Positions 14,618-29,110 are shown, counted from the first letter of the stretch. The stretch: 64,000 bases of DNA from Lama glama (GCA_028534125.1 CM052816.1:68202001-68266000), one strand, 5' to 3'. The notes: a model not told the origin generated them from the letters alone. Numbers and translations: made by a program.

Positions 14618-14657
14618 ACGCACACGCACACACTCTCTCTCTCTCTCTCACACACAC
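14569..14657. repeat. Compound (CA)n/(CACACG)n/(CT)n microsatellite
   Basis: Seen directly. Confidence 0.95.
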
Positions 14658-17600
14658 TCTACCCACAATCCAGCACCTAAAAAGTTATCAATCCTGCTCC
14701 AGCTGTTAGGCCTGCCTCTGTTCTGATGGGGGACCTGACAAGCCAGTCATTAGATCCTTTTAATATCGCTCTTGATCTGATCCCTTATTGTGGAAGGAGA
14801 ATTCAGAGTGGGAAGAGAGACAAAGAGTTACTTAATAAATGAGTAACAAAATGGCCTGAGTGTTAGCCACACTTATGCTGGATCTCAGAAAATTTCAGTC
14901 ATTTTCTTCAAGTTCTATGATTGTATTCTAATCCATAGAAAGATCACAGTGTGGGAAATTTGGGATTTGCATTGCTACCCTGGTCAGCTAGTCCTGCCTC
15001 ACCAGCAGCCAGTGCCCCCAAGCTTCAGCCACAGACACGAGTCCACAGTCCTAGGGTGCTACCCACCCAAGGCTGTAGCACTTTGCAGAACTTTCTCCTC
15101 CTGTTCTATGCCTCCTGGCCTCACAGCTTTAGTACCTTGTAACTCTTATGCTTGTTCCTCAGGAGCTTTTATATGTCCTTTGGGTTAGCTTACTTGTTTT
15201 CAGTCATGTCCATTTTGGGTGCAGAATGGGGGGCAGGAGACAGATTAGATTTTGAGTAGGGAGACTGAAAAAGCAGAGGCTCACCACTGCACATTCCCGC
15301 TAGCATTTCTCCCCACTCTTGTACTGCATTACACAAGCAGGTAGAGGAACAGAGGCTCCAGGATGGAAGGTGGGCGGGAAGCAAGCCCACCTGCCACATA
15401 AGACAAGTCCATACAGCACATCAACATCTTAATGGTGATTATCCTTGAGTATGTATTTTCTTCTTATCTGTATTCTCATAATTTTTGTAATCCAAAATGA
15501 AATAACTTATAAAATGTCAGATCAATTAAATAAAAATATCTGGGGTTAGTTCTCAGGCATCAGGTTTATTCTAATCTCCCAAGGTTATTCTAATGTTAAA
15601 CCAGGGTTGAGATCCAGGGGTGCAGTCAACCTCATTTTACAAAATAGAGAACTGAACCCAGAGTAACACACTTGGCTGATATGTTAGTTGGTCAAAAAGA
15701 AGGCTCTTTATCAGATTTAACTGAAAAGTCAAATCTCTTGGTTACTGAGAAGTCATTTCTGTTGTTCCTTTTTCAGAACTCACAATATTACATACAGCCC
15801 TGACAATACAATTTAAACCAGCCTTACTTAACCATTTATCTGTAGTACATGAGAATTGAGGGAAGCTGATCATTTATTTCAACTCTACTTGAAATGCTAG
15901 CAATATGCCTTATAAAACTTTAAAGGAAGAAGACCTTCTTCCATTAGTTTTCCTAATTCTATTCCTAAGGATTAGGAAGAATGAGTTTTCATTTCATGTA
16001 TCTACTCCTCTTCAATTTGCCAATGGGGAAAGAATATGCTGATTGAATCAATAAACATACTTATCAAGTGTCCACAATGTATCCAACACTACTCTAACTT
16101 CTACTATCTAATGTTTGAGATTTTTTTTCTGTAATAAAAGCAAGCCACACTGACAAAATTCTAGTGGGGTTACATGAAGGGTAATTATTCACCAGGTTGG
16201 GTCTTACTCTGTGCCTTTTATAAAGCAACAGCCCCAATGTAGTAAGAAGCAATTCCATTCAATTGCCTTCAAATATCTTTAGGAACCCATGAGACAGTCA
16301 TGAAGAGGTAGAAAGCAGGGTCCAGACAATGAAGACATCCATGGAAACCCAGCTGACTGAACATGGCTGCAACAGGGCTTCAGGAGTGATTCAAAGCTAA
16401 AGAACTACAGAGTGATAGATTTGTTCAGTCTCTAACATTTAGACCAGCACCCAAATTACATTTGTTTTCTTAAACTATTTTCAGGAGATCAAAACCATTT
16501 TACAAGTGGCCACTGTAGAGGGCCACTAGGAAGATGCCTTTTAAAGGACCCAAGGAAGACCCACTTCCCCAAATTTGTTTCAGCCCAATAGTTCATAAAC
16601 AGCAGGTGATTCAATTTTTTGTTTCTCCACAGATGTGCAAAAGACACACAGAATATCAATCACAGAAGGAACCCTAGAGGTCAGCTTTCCACTCAGTACA
16701 GACATCTCTTCAAGAGTATCCCAAGATATGCCTGATCAGAACCTGCTTAGATGTAGGTAGTGACGAGAAGTACACAGCTCACAAGATGATCCCTTCCAGT
16801 TCTGAGCAGCTCTAGTCATTAAAAGTCTCAATTATTCCAATTTCTATCCACCCAAACTAGTTCTTCCCTCTGGATCTACAGAGAACAAGTCCAAACTCTT
16901 CCAGCTTTTTCAATATTTGAAAACAGCTGTCATGTCCAACTGAGTCTTATCAAAACTAAACAAACCCTGCTTCTTCACCTATTCTTCACCTTCCAGAGTC
17001 TGCAGTTAAAAAGGCAAATTCCTGACATGAACACCTGCCATTTCTGGAAAGTGAAAGAGGTGGGTAGTGTCATACTTTTGATCCAGAAAAAAATAAAGAA
17101 GCTCAAAGGAAGGGTGGTCAAAATAACACTTGTCTTATTTTTCAATTTCCAAAGGCCAGAAAGGCTAGACAGACTTTTATGAAGGTTACTTTAAGAAAGT
17201 CATCTAAGATTTATATTGGCCTGCTTACCAAGAACTTCTTGACACAGTACTTTAATATCAAGATTTCCACAGGACTCCAGTATGGGAGAAAACCCATACT
17301 ACATCAGTCAATCCATTTATTGCACATGTGCTAAAGGTCCTATGCATTAAAAATAGAGATCTCTTTAAGGATTAGTATTATTAAAATGAAAGTTCATTCT
17401 ATGAAAATGTATTCCAGGGAGGCATCATTATTACTGAAGTTCTATACAGACATGCTTCTTAAAACAGCCTATTCCACTTGTCAGCACTCTCCCCCACCCC
17501 ATGTCCGGTAGAGATGCTAACCAGGGAATCGCTTTCACAGGTCAGAAGAATCACCCTGAGGAACACAAAGATGCTGAGATTCAAAGAACCACAACATGTG

Positions 17601-18029
17601 TTGCATCACAAGTCTGGTTATGAAGAAAGGCCTGATTGTGGCCAGATATTTACCCTTGAGATAATATTGTTGCAAGACTTCCTCCCCACAGAATGAAATC
17701 CCTTCTTTTCCACTCCCACGGCATGAAGGTTGCTTTGAGTATTCTCAGCTGTTACATGCAGAAAGCTTGGAGCTATTTTTCTCTTTAAAATGTTAGAAAG
17801 AAACTCTTTTTCTTCCTCCCATATGACTGGCACTTCATAATACACTCTTATAGCCTCAGCCAATACACCCTGAGGGACTGGAGGAGAAAACATGAGAAAT
17901 AGCAAAATGTTTCAGCTCACAAAATGTCTGCAGCCTGCTGAGCAAGGCAAAGAGTCTCATTAAGGGAAAAGAAGACAGAGGTTCCTCTCCATGTTGAAGT
18001 ATAATACACAAAAGTGACATGCTTTGAAT

Positions 18030-18240
18030 TCTTTGTTGCAGGCATTGCATTTTATGTGGATGAGCTCATTTAGCTCTCAGAACAACCCTACGAAGTAAAT
18101 ACTATTCTTACCCATTTGACAAGTGAAGAAAGGGAATAGAGAGGTTAAGTAACTCACCCAAGATCACACAGCTAGCAGTGGCAGTGCTAGGATTCAAACT
18201 CTGGAGACTAGGGCCCAGAGCCTGTGCTCCTATCATTTTC
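18030..18240. mobile_element. MIR SINE
   Basis: 'ctcatttagctctcagaacaacccta...agagaggttaagtaactcacccaagatcacacagctag...ggattcaaac'. Confidence 0.75.
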
Positions 18241-20024
18241 CTATATTGCCTCCATGTATATATGCTGTGTGTCACATGATATATAGGATGAGTCACATGA
18301 AACTAACGTGGTTTCCATGGCAGCCAACTGTATCAATGACCTTAAACTTGTTCCTGCTTGGCCAGAGTGTTCCCGACTGGCTTTTAATTCTACCAGCAGA
18401 ACTGGTAGCGTCCTGGCCCAGGGCCCAGGTCAAGGCCCACAGACACTCTTTATCACCAGTGGGTGGCAATATTGTTACATGGAGCCTCTGGGGAGCAGCA
18501 AAGGCCTGGCATCTTCCCTCAAAGTGTATCACTCTAGGCAGCCCCCAAAATACAATCTCTGCACTGTTCTAAAGCACCCAGGATAATCCTGTGGGAGGAG
18601 AAACAAATCTGGGTTAGGAGAATGCCCAGGAAACTCTTCATTTAAATAGTTCTTCCTCTGTCTTGCTGTAATATCCCTGGTGTATCTCAATCATAAATTA
18701 CACACTTGTTTTCCCAGTAAGTCATGTCTCCTTTCTAAGGAAAAAAGACTCTGCAACCTTTGTACCTGCAATTTCACGAGCCTACAGTAGATGTTAAGTA
18801 GATGGATGAATGAATAAATTTCAGTTCTTTAGACACAATCAGTTCCACTCAAAAAACAATCTAAGAAATATCTGCAGAATCCTCTGTAGTTGCCCAAAGT
18901 TAATCCACACTTCACTGAGGACTCTCAGTTCAGCCACCCAAGGGTCCTCAGAATAGAATGAGCCAAAGAAAGCCTCTCAAGACCCTTGGTCTGGACTCTT
19001 GAAACTGGACTCCCTGATCTATCCTTATATTGACCTGGCTGTTCCACAAAACGGTCGCAGCTTAAGCAGAACAAATGCCAAGCTAACCTCTGGGTACTTT
19101 CAACAAAGTGGGCCCAGTAATTTAATGTGATCAAGGGCTTTCCCAAGGAACTCCACAATAATCCAGGGACAGAGCCACTATGAGAAGCTCTAGAAAAGGA
19201 ACCCACATCTGTACAAAATCTGAGAAGCTCTTGAGGAAGACTCTCTAATCCAAAACATTGCTAGCAGCCTGTCATATGTCTGAAGTCCCACTATTCAAGA
19301 GTTGGGCCCTTGGGATTAGGTAGATCATTTGCAATACCCCCAGAAAACTGTTCACAAGGTTTGTAGCCAAGAAAAATGAGGGAAATAGATGATTTCAATA
19401 AAGTCTGTCCTAATTTTCAGGTCAAAATTAATAAAAATTTAAATATGTACCTGTTTTTTTTCTAATTTACTAGGGTATTTATAAAGGTCAGAATTAGCAA
19501 AATGCATGTGTGTTTTTCCTTTTTCAGCACCTTATCAAATATCAAGGACTTGTATTCTCAGACACACTAGTCTCTGTCTACCCTTCTAGTAGTAACACAT
19601 TAATGTAAACCTAGTAAGACACACTACTCTCTCAACATTTAAAACTTGGTGTATTTTGATGATTATAAAAATACATAAGTTCATTATAGAAAATTTGGAA
19701 AATACAGAAAGTTGTGAATAATATCTAAGAGATTACTGATGTTTTGATGCAGGTTCTTCTAGTCTTATATTTTTTGTATATAAATATATACATAGATAAT
19801 TTTTAATAAAATATAATCTATATAATCTACATCTGTTCACATGCTTCTTCCTATTTCCTTTACGTCTGTTTTCCATTTTCTCTACTTTCAGTCTCACTCC
19901 CTCTGTGAATTTTAGAATTTCTCTTTATGCACCCATATATAAGTCTGTTTTAACTTTCGCACAGTTAGGGAGGCAAAAGCTATTCAAACCATGCTCCTCC
20001 TCTAAAGCTGAATGGTAAGAAAGA

Positions 20025-20115
20025 TAAATAGATGACAAATTGATGGTAGACAGATGACACTAGATAGATAGATAGATGATAGATAGATAGACAGATAGAC
20101 GGAATATAGATAAAT
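20025..20115. repeat. Imperfect (GATA)n microsatellite
   Basis: tagatagatagatagatgatagatagatagacagatagac. Confidence 0.9.
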
Positions 20116-20799
20116 AATAGCCAGGTGGATAAGGAAAGAAGGAAGGAGACAAGAAAGAATTTATGTATTATTTGTTTATGTGGATCTTCTGCATTTCTTA
20201 AATGATTTTGTGAACCTTCAGTAGAAAACATTTTTTCTTGTCTCCGTTTAAGATTCCATCAGGACCATGAATTATCCTCCTCATACCTATTACTTCTACT
20301 TCACCCTTTCTCATTTCTACAGAAATTCTTTGTACTATCTCAAGTGTAGGCTTAATTATTTGCATTGACTGCAATTTAAATTGATTGTTTCTACACAATT
20401 TCTATGGAAGGTCCTTCATTTCTTATTTGCTAATCACTGTGTAATTTAGTATGGTTTCTCAGGGTTGGAAGAAACTCTGAGGTACATTCTGTTTTGCCTC
20501 ACACATCTTCCCTTCCCCCTACCTTGTGCTTCACTCTCTGTCTGAATTCTTTCTGCAACACACTTCTGTGGTGACTGTCTAGCCAAGGTTGACCATCTTT
20601 AATGACAGGAAGCTCACTACCTATTGAGGTAACCCAGAACATTTTTACAGTGTTCTAAAACTTAAAATACCCTTCTGTCAGTCTCACTCGCTGCTATTTC
20701 TAACTGCTAGAGTTTCACAGAAGTATTTAATCATAAAATTTTCTGCTTAAAAGCTCTTTGAAAAATAATTCTGTTTACAGTAGCATCAAAAAGAATTTA

Positions 20800-22400
20800 A
20801 AAAAACGCAAACAATAGAAATAAAAGCAAGAATAAACAAATGGGACCTAATTAAACTTACAAGCTTCTGCACAGCAAAGGAAACCATAAGTAAAACAAAA
20901 TGACAACTTACGGAATGGGAGAAAATTTCTGCAAATTAAATCGACAAAGGCTTGATCTCCAGAATATATAAGCAGCTCATATGACTTAGTAAGAACAAAA
21001 CAAACAACCCAATCCAAAAATGGGCAGAAGACCTAAACAAGCAATTTTCCAAGGAAGAAATACAAATGATCAATAAGCACATGAAAAAATGCTCAATATC
21101 ACTAATTATCAGAGAAAGGGAAATCAAAACTATGATGAAGTATACACCTCACACCAGTCAGAATGGCCATCATTCAAAAGTCCACAAATGACAAATGCTG
21201 GAGAGGCTGTGGAGAAAAGGGAACTCTCTTACACTGCTGGTGGGAATGCAGTTTGGTGCAGCCACTGGAAAACAGTATGGAGATTCCTCAAAAGACTAGG
21301 AATAGACTTACCATATGACCCAGGAATCCTGCTCCTGGGCATATATCCAGAAGGAACCCTACTTCAAAAAGACATCTGCACCCCAATGTTCATAGCAGTA
21401 CTATTTACAATAGCCAAGACATGGAAACAGCCTAAATGTCCATCAACAGATGACTGGATAAAGAAGGTGTGGTATATTTATACAATGGAATACTACTCAG
21501 CCTTAAAAACCGANNNNNNNNNNNNNNNNNNNNNNNNNNNNNNNNNNNNNNNNNNNNNNNNNNNNNNNNNNNNNNNNNNNNNNNNNNNNNNNNNNNNNNN
21601 NNNNNNNNNNNNNNNNNNNNNNNNNNNNNNNNNNNNNNNNNNNNNNNNNNNNNNNNNNNNNNNNNNNNNNNNNNNNNNNNNNNNNNNNNNNNNNNNNNNN
21701 NNNNNNNNNNNNNNNNNNNNNNNNNNNNNNNNNNNNNNNNNNNNNNNNNNNNNNNNNNNNNNNNNNNNNNNNNNNNNNNNNNNNNNNNNNNNNNNNNNNN
21801 NNNNNNNNNNNNNNNNNNNNNNNNNNNNNNNNNNNNNNNNNNNNNNNNNNNNNNNNNNNNNNNNNNNNNNNNNNNNNNNNNNNNNNNNNNNNNNNNNNNN
21901 NNNNNNNNNNNNNNNNNNNNNNNNNNNNNNNNNNNNNNNNNNNNNNNNNNNNNNNNNNNNNNNNNNNNNNNNNNNNNNNNNNNNNNNNNNNNNNNNNNNN
22001 NNNNNNNNNNNNNGGAAGAGAAAGAAAAATACCATATGAGATCGCTCATATATGGAATCTACAAAAAAAAAAAAGAACATAAATACAAAACAGAAACAGA
22101 CTCATAGACACAGAATACAAACTTGTGGTTGCCAAGGGGGCGGGGGGTGGGAAGGGACAGGCTGGGATTTCAAAATGTAGAATAGATAAACAAGATTATA
22201 CTGTATAGCACAGGGAAATACATACAAGATCTTGTGGTATCTCACAGTGAAAAAAATGTGACAATGAATATATGTTTGTTCATGTACAACTGAAAAATTG
22301 TGCTCTACACTGGAATTTGACACAACATTGTAAAATGACTAGAACTCAGTAAAAAAAAAAGTTAGAAAAAATAAACAAATAAATAAAATGATAAAAAAAA
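20800..22400 (+). mobile_element. Young 5'-truncated L1 (ORF2 C-terminus and 3' UTR), contains the N gap
   Basis: Translation [28 protein letters not shown]...[42 protein letters not shown] is L1 ORF2p C-terminus. A-rich tail; flanking AAAAAGAAT at 20788-20796 and 22396-22404. Confidence 0.9.
21514..22013. other. Assembly gap, 500 N
   Basis: Run of N seen directly. Confidence 1.
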
Positions 22401-24170
22401 GAATAAAATACTTAGAAACAAACTTAGCCCAGAGGCAAAAAAGACTTGTACACTGAAAACTACAAAACACTGCTGGAAATTAAAGAAGACACCAATAAAA
22501 TGGAAAGACATCTTGTGTTTCATTGATTAGAAGATAATATTGTTAAGATGTCAATACTACCCAGAGATTTACAGATTTGATGCAATCTCTATCAAAATCC
22601 CAATGATATTTTTGCAGAAATATAAAAGTCCATCCTAAAATTCATTTGGAATCTCAAGGGACCACAAATAGCCAATACAAACTTACCAAAGAACAAAGTT
22701 GAAGGTCTCTCACTTTTGATTTCAAAGCATATTACAAATCTACAGCAATCAAAACAGTGTAGTATTGGCATAAAGACAGATATATAGATCCACAGAATAG
22801 AACTGAGTCTAGAAATAATCTCATACATCTGTGGTCAATAAGGATACCAAGACCATTCAGTGGTGGAAGAAATGTCTTTTTAACAAATAATGCTGGAACA
22901 ACTGGACAGCCACATGTGAAACAATGAAGTCAGACCCTTACCTTAAAACTGTCTATAAAAAATAACTCAAAGTAGGCCAAAGATCAGACCTAAAACTGTA
23001 AAACTCTTAGAAGAAAACAAAGGGGGAAAGCTTCATGACATTGAATTTGGCAGTAATTTCTTGGATGTGAGGACGAAAGCATAGACAACCAAAGATAAAA
23101 TAGACAAATTGAACTACATCAGTGTTAAATGGTTTTGTGCATCAGGACACTTTCAACAGAGTGATAAGGCAACCTACAGAATGGGAGAAAATGTATGCAA
23201 ATTATATATCTGATGAGTTAATATCCAGACTATATAGAGAATTTCTACAGCTTAACAAACAAACAAACAAACAAACAAACAAAAAACCCAATTAAAAATG
23301 GGCAAAGGACTTAGACATTTCTCCAGAAATACACAGATGGCCAAAAAGCACATGAAAAGATTCTCAGCATCACTAATCATAGGAAAATGCAAATCAAAAC
23401 CACAAGATATCACTTCACACCCATTAGGCTAGCTATTATTAAAACAAACAAACATATGAAGCAAAAACAGGAAGTAACAAATATTGATAAGGATGTGGGG
23501 AAATTGGAACCCTTGTACATCGTTGGTGAGAATATAAAATGTTGCAGCCACATTGGAAAACAGTGTGGTGTTTCCTTAAAAAATTAAAAATAGAATTATC
23601 ATGCTACTAGCAATTTTGCTTCTAAGTATATACCTCAAAGAACTGAAAACGGAGTCTAAAAGAATTATTTGTATACCCATGTTTGTAGCACCATTATTCA
23701 CAATAGCAAAAGGTGGAAACAACCCAGGTGTCCCCTGATGGCTGAATAAATGAACGAAATGTGATACATACATACAACAGATTATTATTCAACCTTTAAA
23801 AAGAAGGAAATTCTGACACATGCTACAATATGGATGAATCTCATGGGCATTATGCTAAGTGAAATAAGCCAGGCACATAAGGACAAATACTGTATGATTC
23901 CACTTAAATGAGGTACCTAGAGTGATCAAGTTCATAGAGACAGAAAGTGAAACGGTGGTTTCTAGGATATGGAAGAGCAGGAGAAATGGAGAGTATTTGT
24001 CTAATGGGTACAGAGTTTGAGTTCTGGAAGATGAAAAGAGTTCTGGAGATAGTGGTGATGGCTGCACAACAATGTGAATGTACATCATGCCACTGAACTC
24101 TACACTTAAAAATGGTTAAAATGGCAAATTTTGTTATGTGTATTTACCACATTTTTAAATTAAAATTTAA
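22401..24170 (+). mobile_element. Older L1 (L1MB/MA-like) ORF2 3' part and 3' UTR; continues from about 20765-20796
   Basis: Degenerate ORF2 ('aaaactacaaaacactgctg', 'tggaaagacatc', 'atgcaaatcaaaaccacaag') ending with 'cacttaaaaatggttaaaatggcaaattttgttatgtgtatttaccac'. Confidence 0.85.
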
Positions 24171-24539
24171 AAACCTTCAAATATCTGAAAGCAACCATCA
24201 TGACCACACAAGAGTAATCTCCAGAGTAAACACATCTATTTCCTTCCACTGTTCATCATATGATATGAAGTCCAGCCATACTCCATTCTTGTCACTCTCC
24301 TCTGAATGTTCTCTAGCTACCTACAGCTCATTTAATCCATAGGCCATAGACTTCATGACACTGACTAGTTAAGAATGTACAAAGTCTATTACCTCCCTCA
24401 GTCTGGTTGCTAGACTATTATTATTGCAGCCAGGGATCCTACTAGTTTATTGTCACATTGTTTATTCCTTTAGCACTAAATGCCCAACTGAAAACCTAAA
24501 TGCTTTTCTAATATGCCACCACTTAAACTTTTTGTTAGT

Positions 24540-25070
24540 TAGAACTCTTCAGTGATTAAAAAGAAAAGTAAACACATTTATGCAAACTGACTTAAGCAAA
24601 AAAGGAATTTATTGGCATATGTAAATGTTCCAAAAATGGTGCTGGCTTAAGGTATGGCTTCAGGAATTCAAGTGATGTCACCAGGTCTCAATTATTTCCT
24701 TCTCTTAGCCCAGCTCTGCTCTTCCTGTGTTGTCTTCATTCTTAGGCTCTCCACCCATATAATATTCCCCCCATAGCTCCTAGGTGCACCAATGGTTAAA
24801 AAAAAAATGCTTCCTCCCAGAAATCCCAAAATATCCAAAGTATCATTGCCTTTCATGGATTCTGATTGGGCCACATCACTGTACCAATCTCTGTGGCCAG
24901 AATAATGCTCGTGCTGAATGGCTTAGCTCTGGGTCACATGTTCTGTCCCTGAGCAGGGATATAGTCAACTCCACTGAATCAGCTTGTGGGCTGAAAGTGG
25001 AGAGGAGGTGGTCCCTAGAGAATAACCAGGTTAAAGTCACTAGCAGGGTGAGGAGATGTTGAGGAACAAA
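24540..25070. mobile_element. Old MaLR LTR remnant
   Basis: 'aactgacttaagcaaaaaaggaatttattggc' and 'tctgattgggcc' resemble MLT1 elements. Confidence 0.45.
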
Positions 25071-25689
25071 AACTACAGGTTCAACCACCCTTCAATTAGT
25101 TCAAGTAGTTTATGGAACAAGAGACATTACCCTATGTTTATCCCTATTAAATACAGTCTTATTAGAATCCTTCTAATTATTTGGCAAATTATTTGGGATT
25201 CTAATTCTATGAGGCAATGCATTTCTTATTTCTCTCGGCTGTGTATACTCAACAGTGTTATTAATGTGCCTTACAGATTTTATTGCACTCAGTGATGCGG
25301 TTATAAACACATTTATGTATGTTATATAAACATGTTGTATAAGATATAAACAGGCTATAAACACAGAGTTCCTTAGCCCACCACCAGGATCTTCCTTCTG
25401 AAATGACATCACCAGCATCTTTGGATGTGGTACAACCGGGTACCAAGCCCATCTCTGTCCTTAAGTCTGGGCCCTATTTCTTGTGTCCAAAGATATCATG
25501 AGCAATCTTAACAAAACATCTAGGCTCCTGGGAGGGTTTCTAACAGAGTGAATGCTCTATGCAATCTATGAATCCTTTATCTAGCCATCATCAGAGAGAC
25601 CTTCATCTCTACATGTCCCAGATTTCTAATGCTGTCTAAACATGTGCGCACACACACACACACACACACACGTATAAATGGTAACAGTA

Positions 25690-25930
25690 GTAGTAGCAAA
25701 GTATATACAGCATTTACTACATGCTATGCCCTGTTCTAAAGGCACATAAGATTGAATATTAACTCATTTATTCTTCACAGCAACCTTATGAAATAGGTGG
25801 TTGTCATCATCATCATCTCCATTTGAAAGATAAGGATACTAAGGCCCAAAGAGGGTAACTGGCCCAAATTCACACAGCTGGTTAGTACACACCAGTACTT
25901 GAACCCCAATGGCGTGGCTCCAGAGTCCTT
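25690..25930. mobile_element. MIR SINE
   Basis: 'taactcatttattcttcacagcaaccttatga...ctaaggcccaaagagggtaactggcccaa.ttcacacagctggttag'. Confidence 0.7.
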
Positions 25931-27290
25931 AAACTTACCACAGAGGTGACATTTGACCTTGACGTCCCTCCCTTCTCACTTCCAGCCCTCAGGCAATGCA
26001 CAGGTGAGTCATCTTTGAAAACAACACCTGCAGTAACAAATCTCCCATGGATAAATTAGGGAGAAATCACTCACTTTACAAAGCAGTTTGTTGTCATAAG
26101 TGAATCATTTTCAGTGACAAGCTTCTCCTGGGGCAGGTTAACTGGTTTAAAAGTCATTAATGACTTCCCAGAAATACTGGGACAGAGAAACCAAGCCAGA
26201 GGGTTAGGACCACTGCCAACTAAAGATCAATTAGAACTGTAGACTCTCTGGCATAATGTCTACACTAATAAAAAAACACAATTTTAGAAGCTTTTCTTGC
26301 ATGCATGTATTTTCCCTGAACCATAGCCATGTGTGGGAGAAATTGTTTAAATAGAACGCCTCGGCACAGCATCTCACAGAGGGTATCCCCATAAACAGAG
26401 CTTGTCTCCAAGCCCTTCCAGTGCTCCCCTGGGGTCACTTGACTCACAGTTCTGTTGTCACCTTTGGCAGTACTATTCGTTGGTCCAGTCATGCACAAAG
26501 GTATAATAAAGGTGGCTACCAAATTCAAGGGAGTTGCATACAGCTCTGTTTCTTCTGGAAACACCATGTCATGAAATCCCAGATGGTTCAGATGAAGGAC
26601 TTTTGGTGAAGGGACTACATACAGAGATGAGGCAGGGTTGAAAGGACAATATATTACCGGAGGGAGTCCAGTGAGGGCTGGTTCTGGGGAGGAGGATCCT
26701 CTTGGTGGAAGAGAAGCAACTACTGCTAGACCCTGCACTAGGGAAGGCAGGAAGAAATGCCCCCTCTTTCTCTCTTCTATCATTCTCCTGTCAGTGCCTC
26801 CCATGGACACTAAGGGGCAGGGGGCCTGGGTGATACAGCTAGCAAGGGTCAGCCCTCAGGGTACAGAGCAGGAGGAAAAAGAGAGTAATCTGAAGGACAG
26901 AGAATAAGGAGCACAATATCTCTTTCAAGGGTGGGTAAACTGAGTCATTGAAAGGGAAAGTAACATGTTTCAAATCAAAAAAGGGAAACCCAGAACCAAG
27001 ATGAGGGCTCCACTTCCCAGTCTGGTCTTACTGATTTCAAGTAGTCTGAATGACTGGAGAGAATCATTAAATCTCAGAGGACATCTAATTCCTCAGGCTC
27101 CTTCCCAATATATGGTGACCCTACAACATGGCCCACAGTGGTCAACTTTTCTTCAGAAGTGGTGAAGGTGTGTGTGATCAGGATGACTCAGTCTTCTGCC
27201 TGGATTCACCAGAGAGGTTTTCATGAATCACTTGTGTGGGTGATACTTTGGGTGTTGTTATTCTTTCAGTGAATTCTCTCCACACACTAA

Positions 27291-27506
<216 letters not shown>

Positions 27507-27849
27507 TAATAAAATTATATTTGATAGGCCACTTTGATACTGGAGAAACAAGGAGTATCCTGCCTATAGCCATGTATAGGTCCCTTAGTATTTCATTTAA
27601 TGAGAGTCATGGACACAAATCTTCGAATTCTTTTACATCACTTCTTCTCATAAAGTTGGTTGGTAGAGTTTGTTTTCAGCTTCTTTGTATGAATGACTAA
27701 AGTAGATCAGCTAAGTAGATAGAAAGGGGGTATGGAAAGAGGAGGACATTTTTGGTAGCAATGGACATTGGGAAAGTGTGACTATGAAAGCCAGAGAGTG
27801 AGGATTTCTGTTTCTAGGAAGATGGAGTAGAAGGAGTACATTTTTATTT

Positions 27850-29110
27850 ATTCCTTTTGCTAAATACAACTAAAAATCCTGAACATTGTATATAAAATAA
27901 ACATGAGAACACTCCAGAAGGTGGAGAGAAAATGACAGACTAGGTAGGACCTTGGGACCCAAAAAATGACTAAGTGGTAAGTTTCCTGGATTTCCTTCTT
28001 GCCTTATAATCCCCAGACTTGGTGCCAAATAAGTCAATAATGTAGACATGCCAATAGACATAGACCAAAAAAGCCCCTAACAAAAGTCTGTTCTCTAGCC
28101 AAAGAACCAAGAAAGGGCCACATAGCAAGACAGAAAACTTTGAGACAATAATGAGTCTATTCCACCAAACATCACTTCAAAAAATGAAGGAAGGCAGGAA
28201 GGCAAAGAAAGAAAGAAAGGAAGGAAGAGGAGAGGGAGGGAGGGAGTAAGGAAGAAAAAGGGAGGGAGGGGAGGAGAGGGAAGGGAAGGGAAGGGAAGCA
28301 AAAGGAAGGGAAAGAAAAGAAAGAAAAGAAAAAAAAAACTATGACAACAGCCCCATGCATTCTAGCAAAGACCAAGTGGGGAGACTGGACCTCCACCTCC
28401 ACCTGGTAATAAGGTCTTCATCTCCCCATCCCCCTACCTGCAAGGGCAGTGTCACAGGAATCCTTTTTGAGAATTAGGACTTTCTCCACCACCCAGTAAT
28501 GAAGAATCTTCTCTTCTCCTTTGGAGCAGTGTCAAAGAAAGCAGCTAAAACAGAGGGTTTAAGTAAGATTAGGCACCTCATAACACAATACCCCAAATGT
28601 CCAAGTTTCAGTAGAAAAATCACTTATCATACCAAGAGACAGGAGGACCTCAAACTGAATGAAAAAAAAAGACAATTAATAGATCCCAACACTGAGAGGA
28701 AAAATGTTAGAATTATCTGGCAAAGATTTCAAGTAGCCATGAAAAAAAAAATGCTTCAATGAGCAATTATGAACATGCTTGAAACAAATGAAAAAATAGA
28801 AAGGCTCAGCAAAGAAATAACAGATATAAAGAAGAACCAAATGGAAAATGTTTAAACTGAAAAATACAATAATTACAATTAAACACTCAAAGGCTAAGCT
28901 CAGCAGCAGAATGAGGAGGCAGAGGAAAGGATCAGTAAACTTGAAAACAGAGCAATAGAAGTGAGAGAATCTGAACAACTGAAAGAAAGTAGGCTTGCAA
29001 AATGAAGATGAAGAAGGAGAAGACAGAGGAGAAGGAGGAGGAGCAGGACGAAGAGGAAGAAGAAGCAGCTGCCTCAGGGTGCTACAGGACTGCAACAAAG
29101 GATCTATCAT
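27850..29110 (+). mobile_element. Old L1 5' region/ORF1 remnant with internal purine-rich repeats
   Basis: ORF1-like 'ctcagcaaagaaataacagatataaagaagaaccaaatggaaa', 'gaggaaaggatcagtaaacttgaa'. GA-rich tract about 28185-28338. Confidence 0.7.

Noticed and set aside
21089..22107. Long ORFs of 195-316 aa in the ORF track
   Set aside because: Artefacts of reading through the 500-N gap; the real residues are an L1 ORF2 fragment.
26265..26810. 181-aa minus-strand ORF
   Set aside because: Overlaps decayed MaLR-like sequence; no protein family signal.
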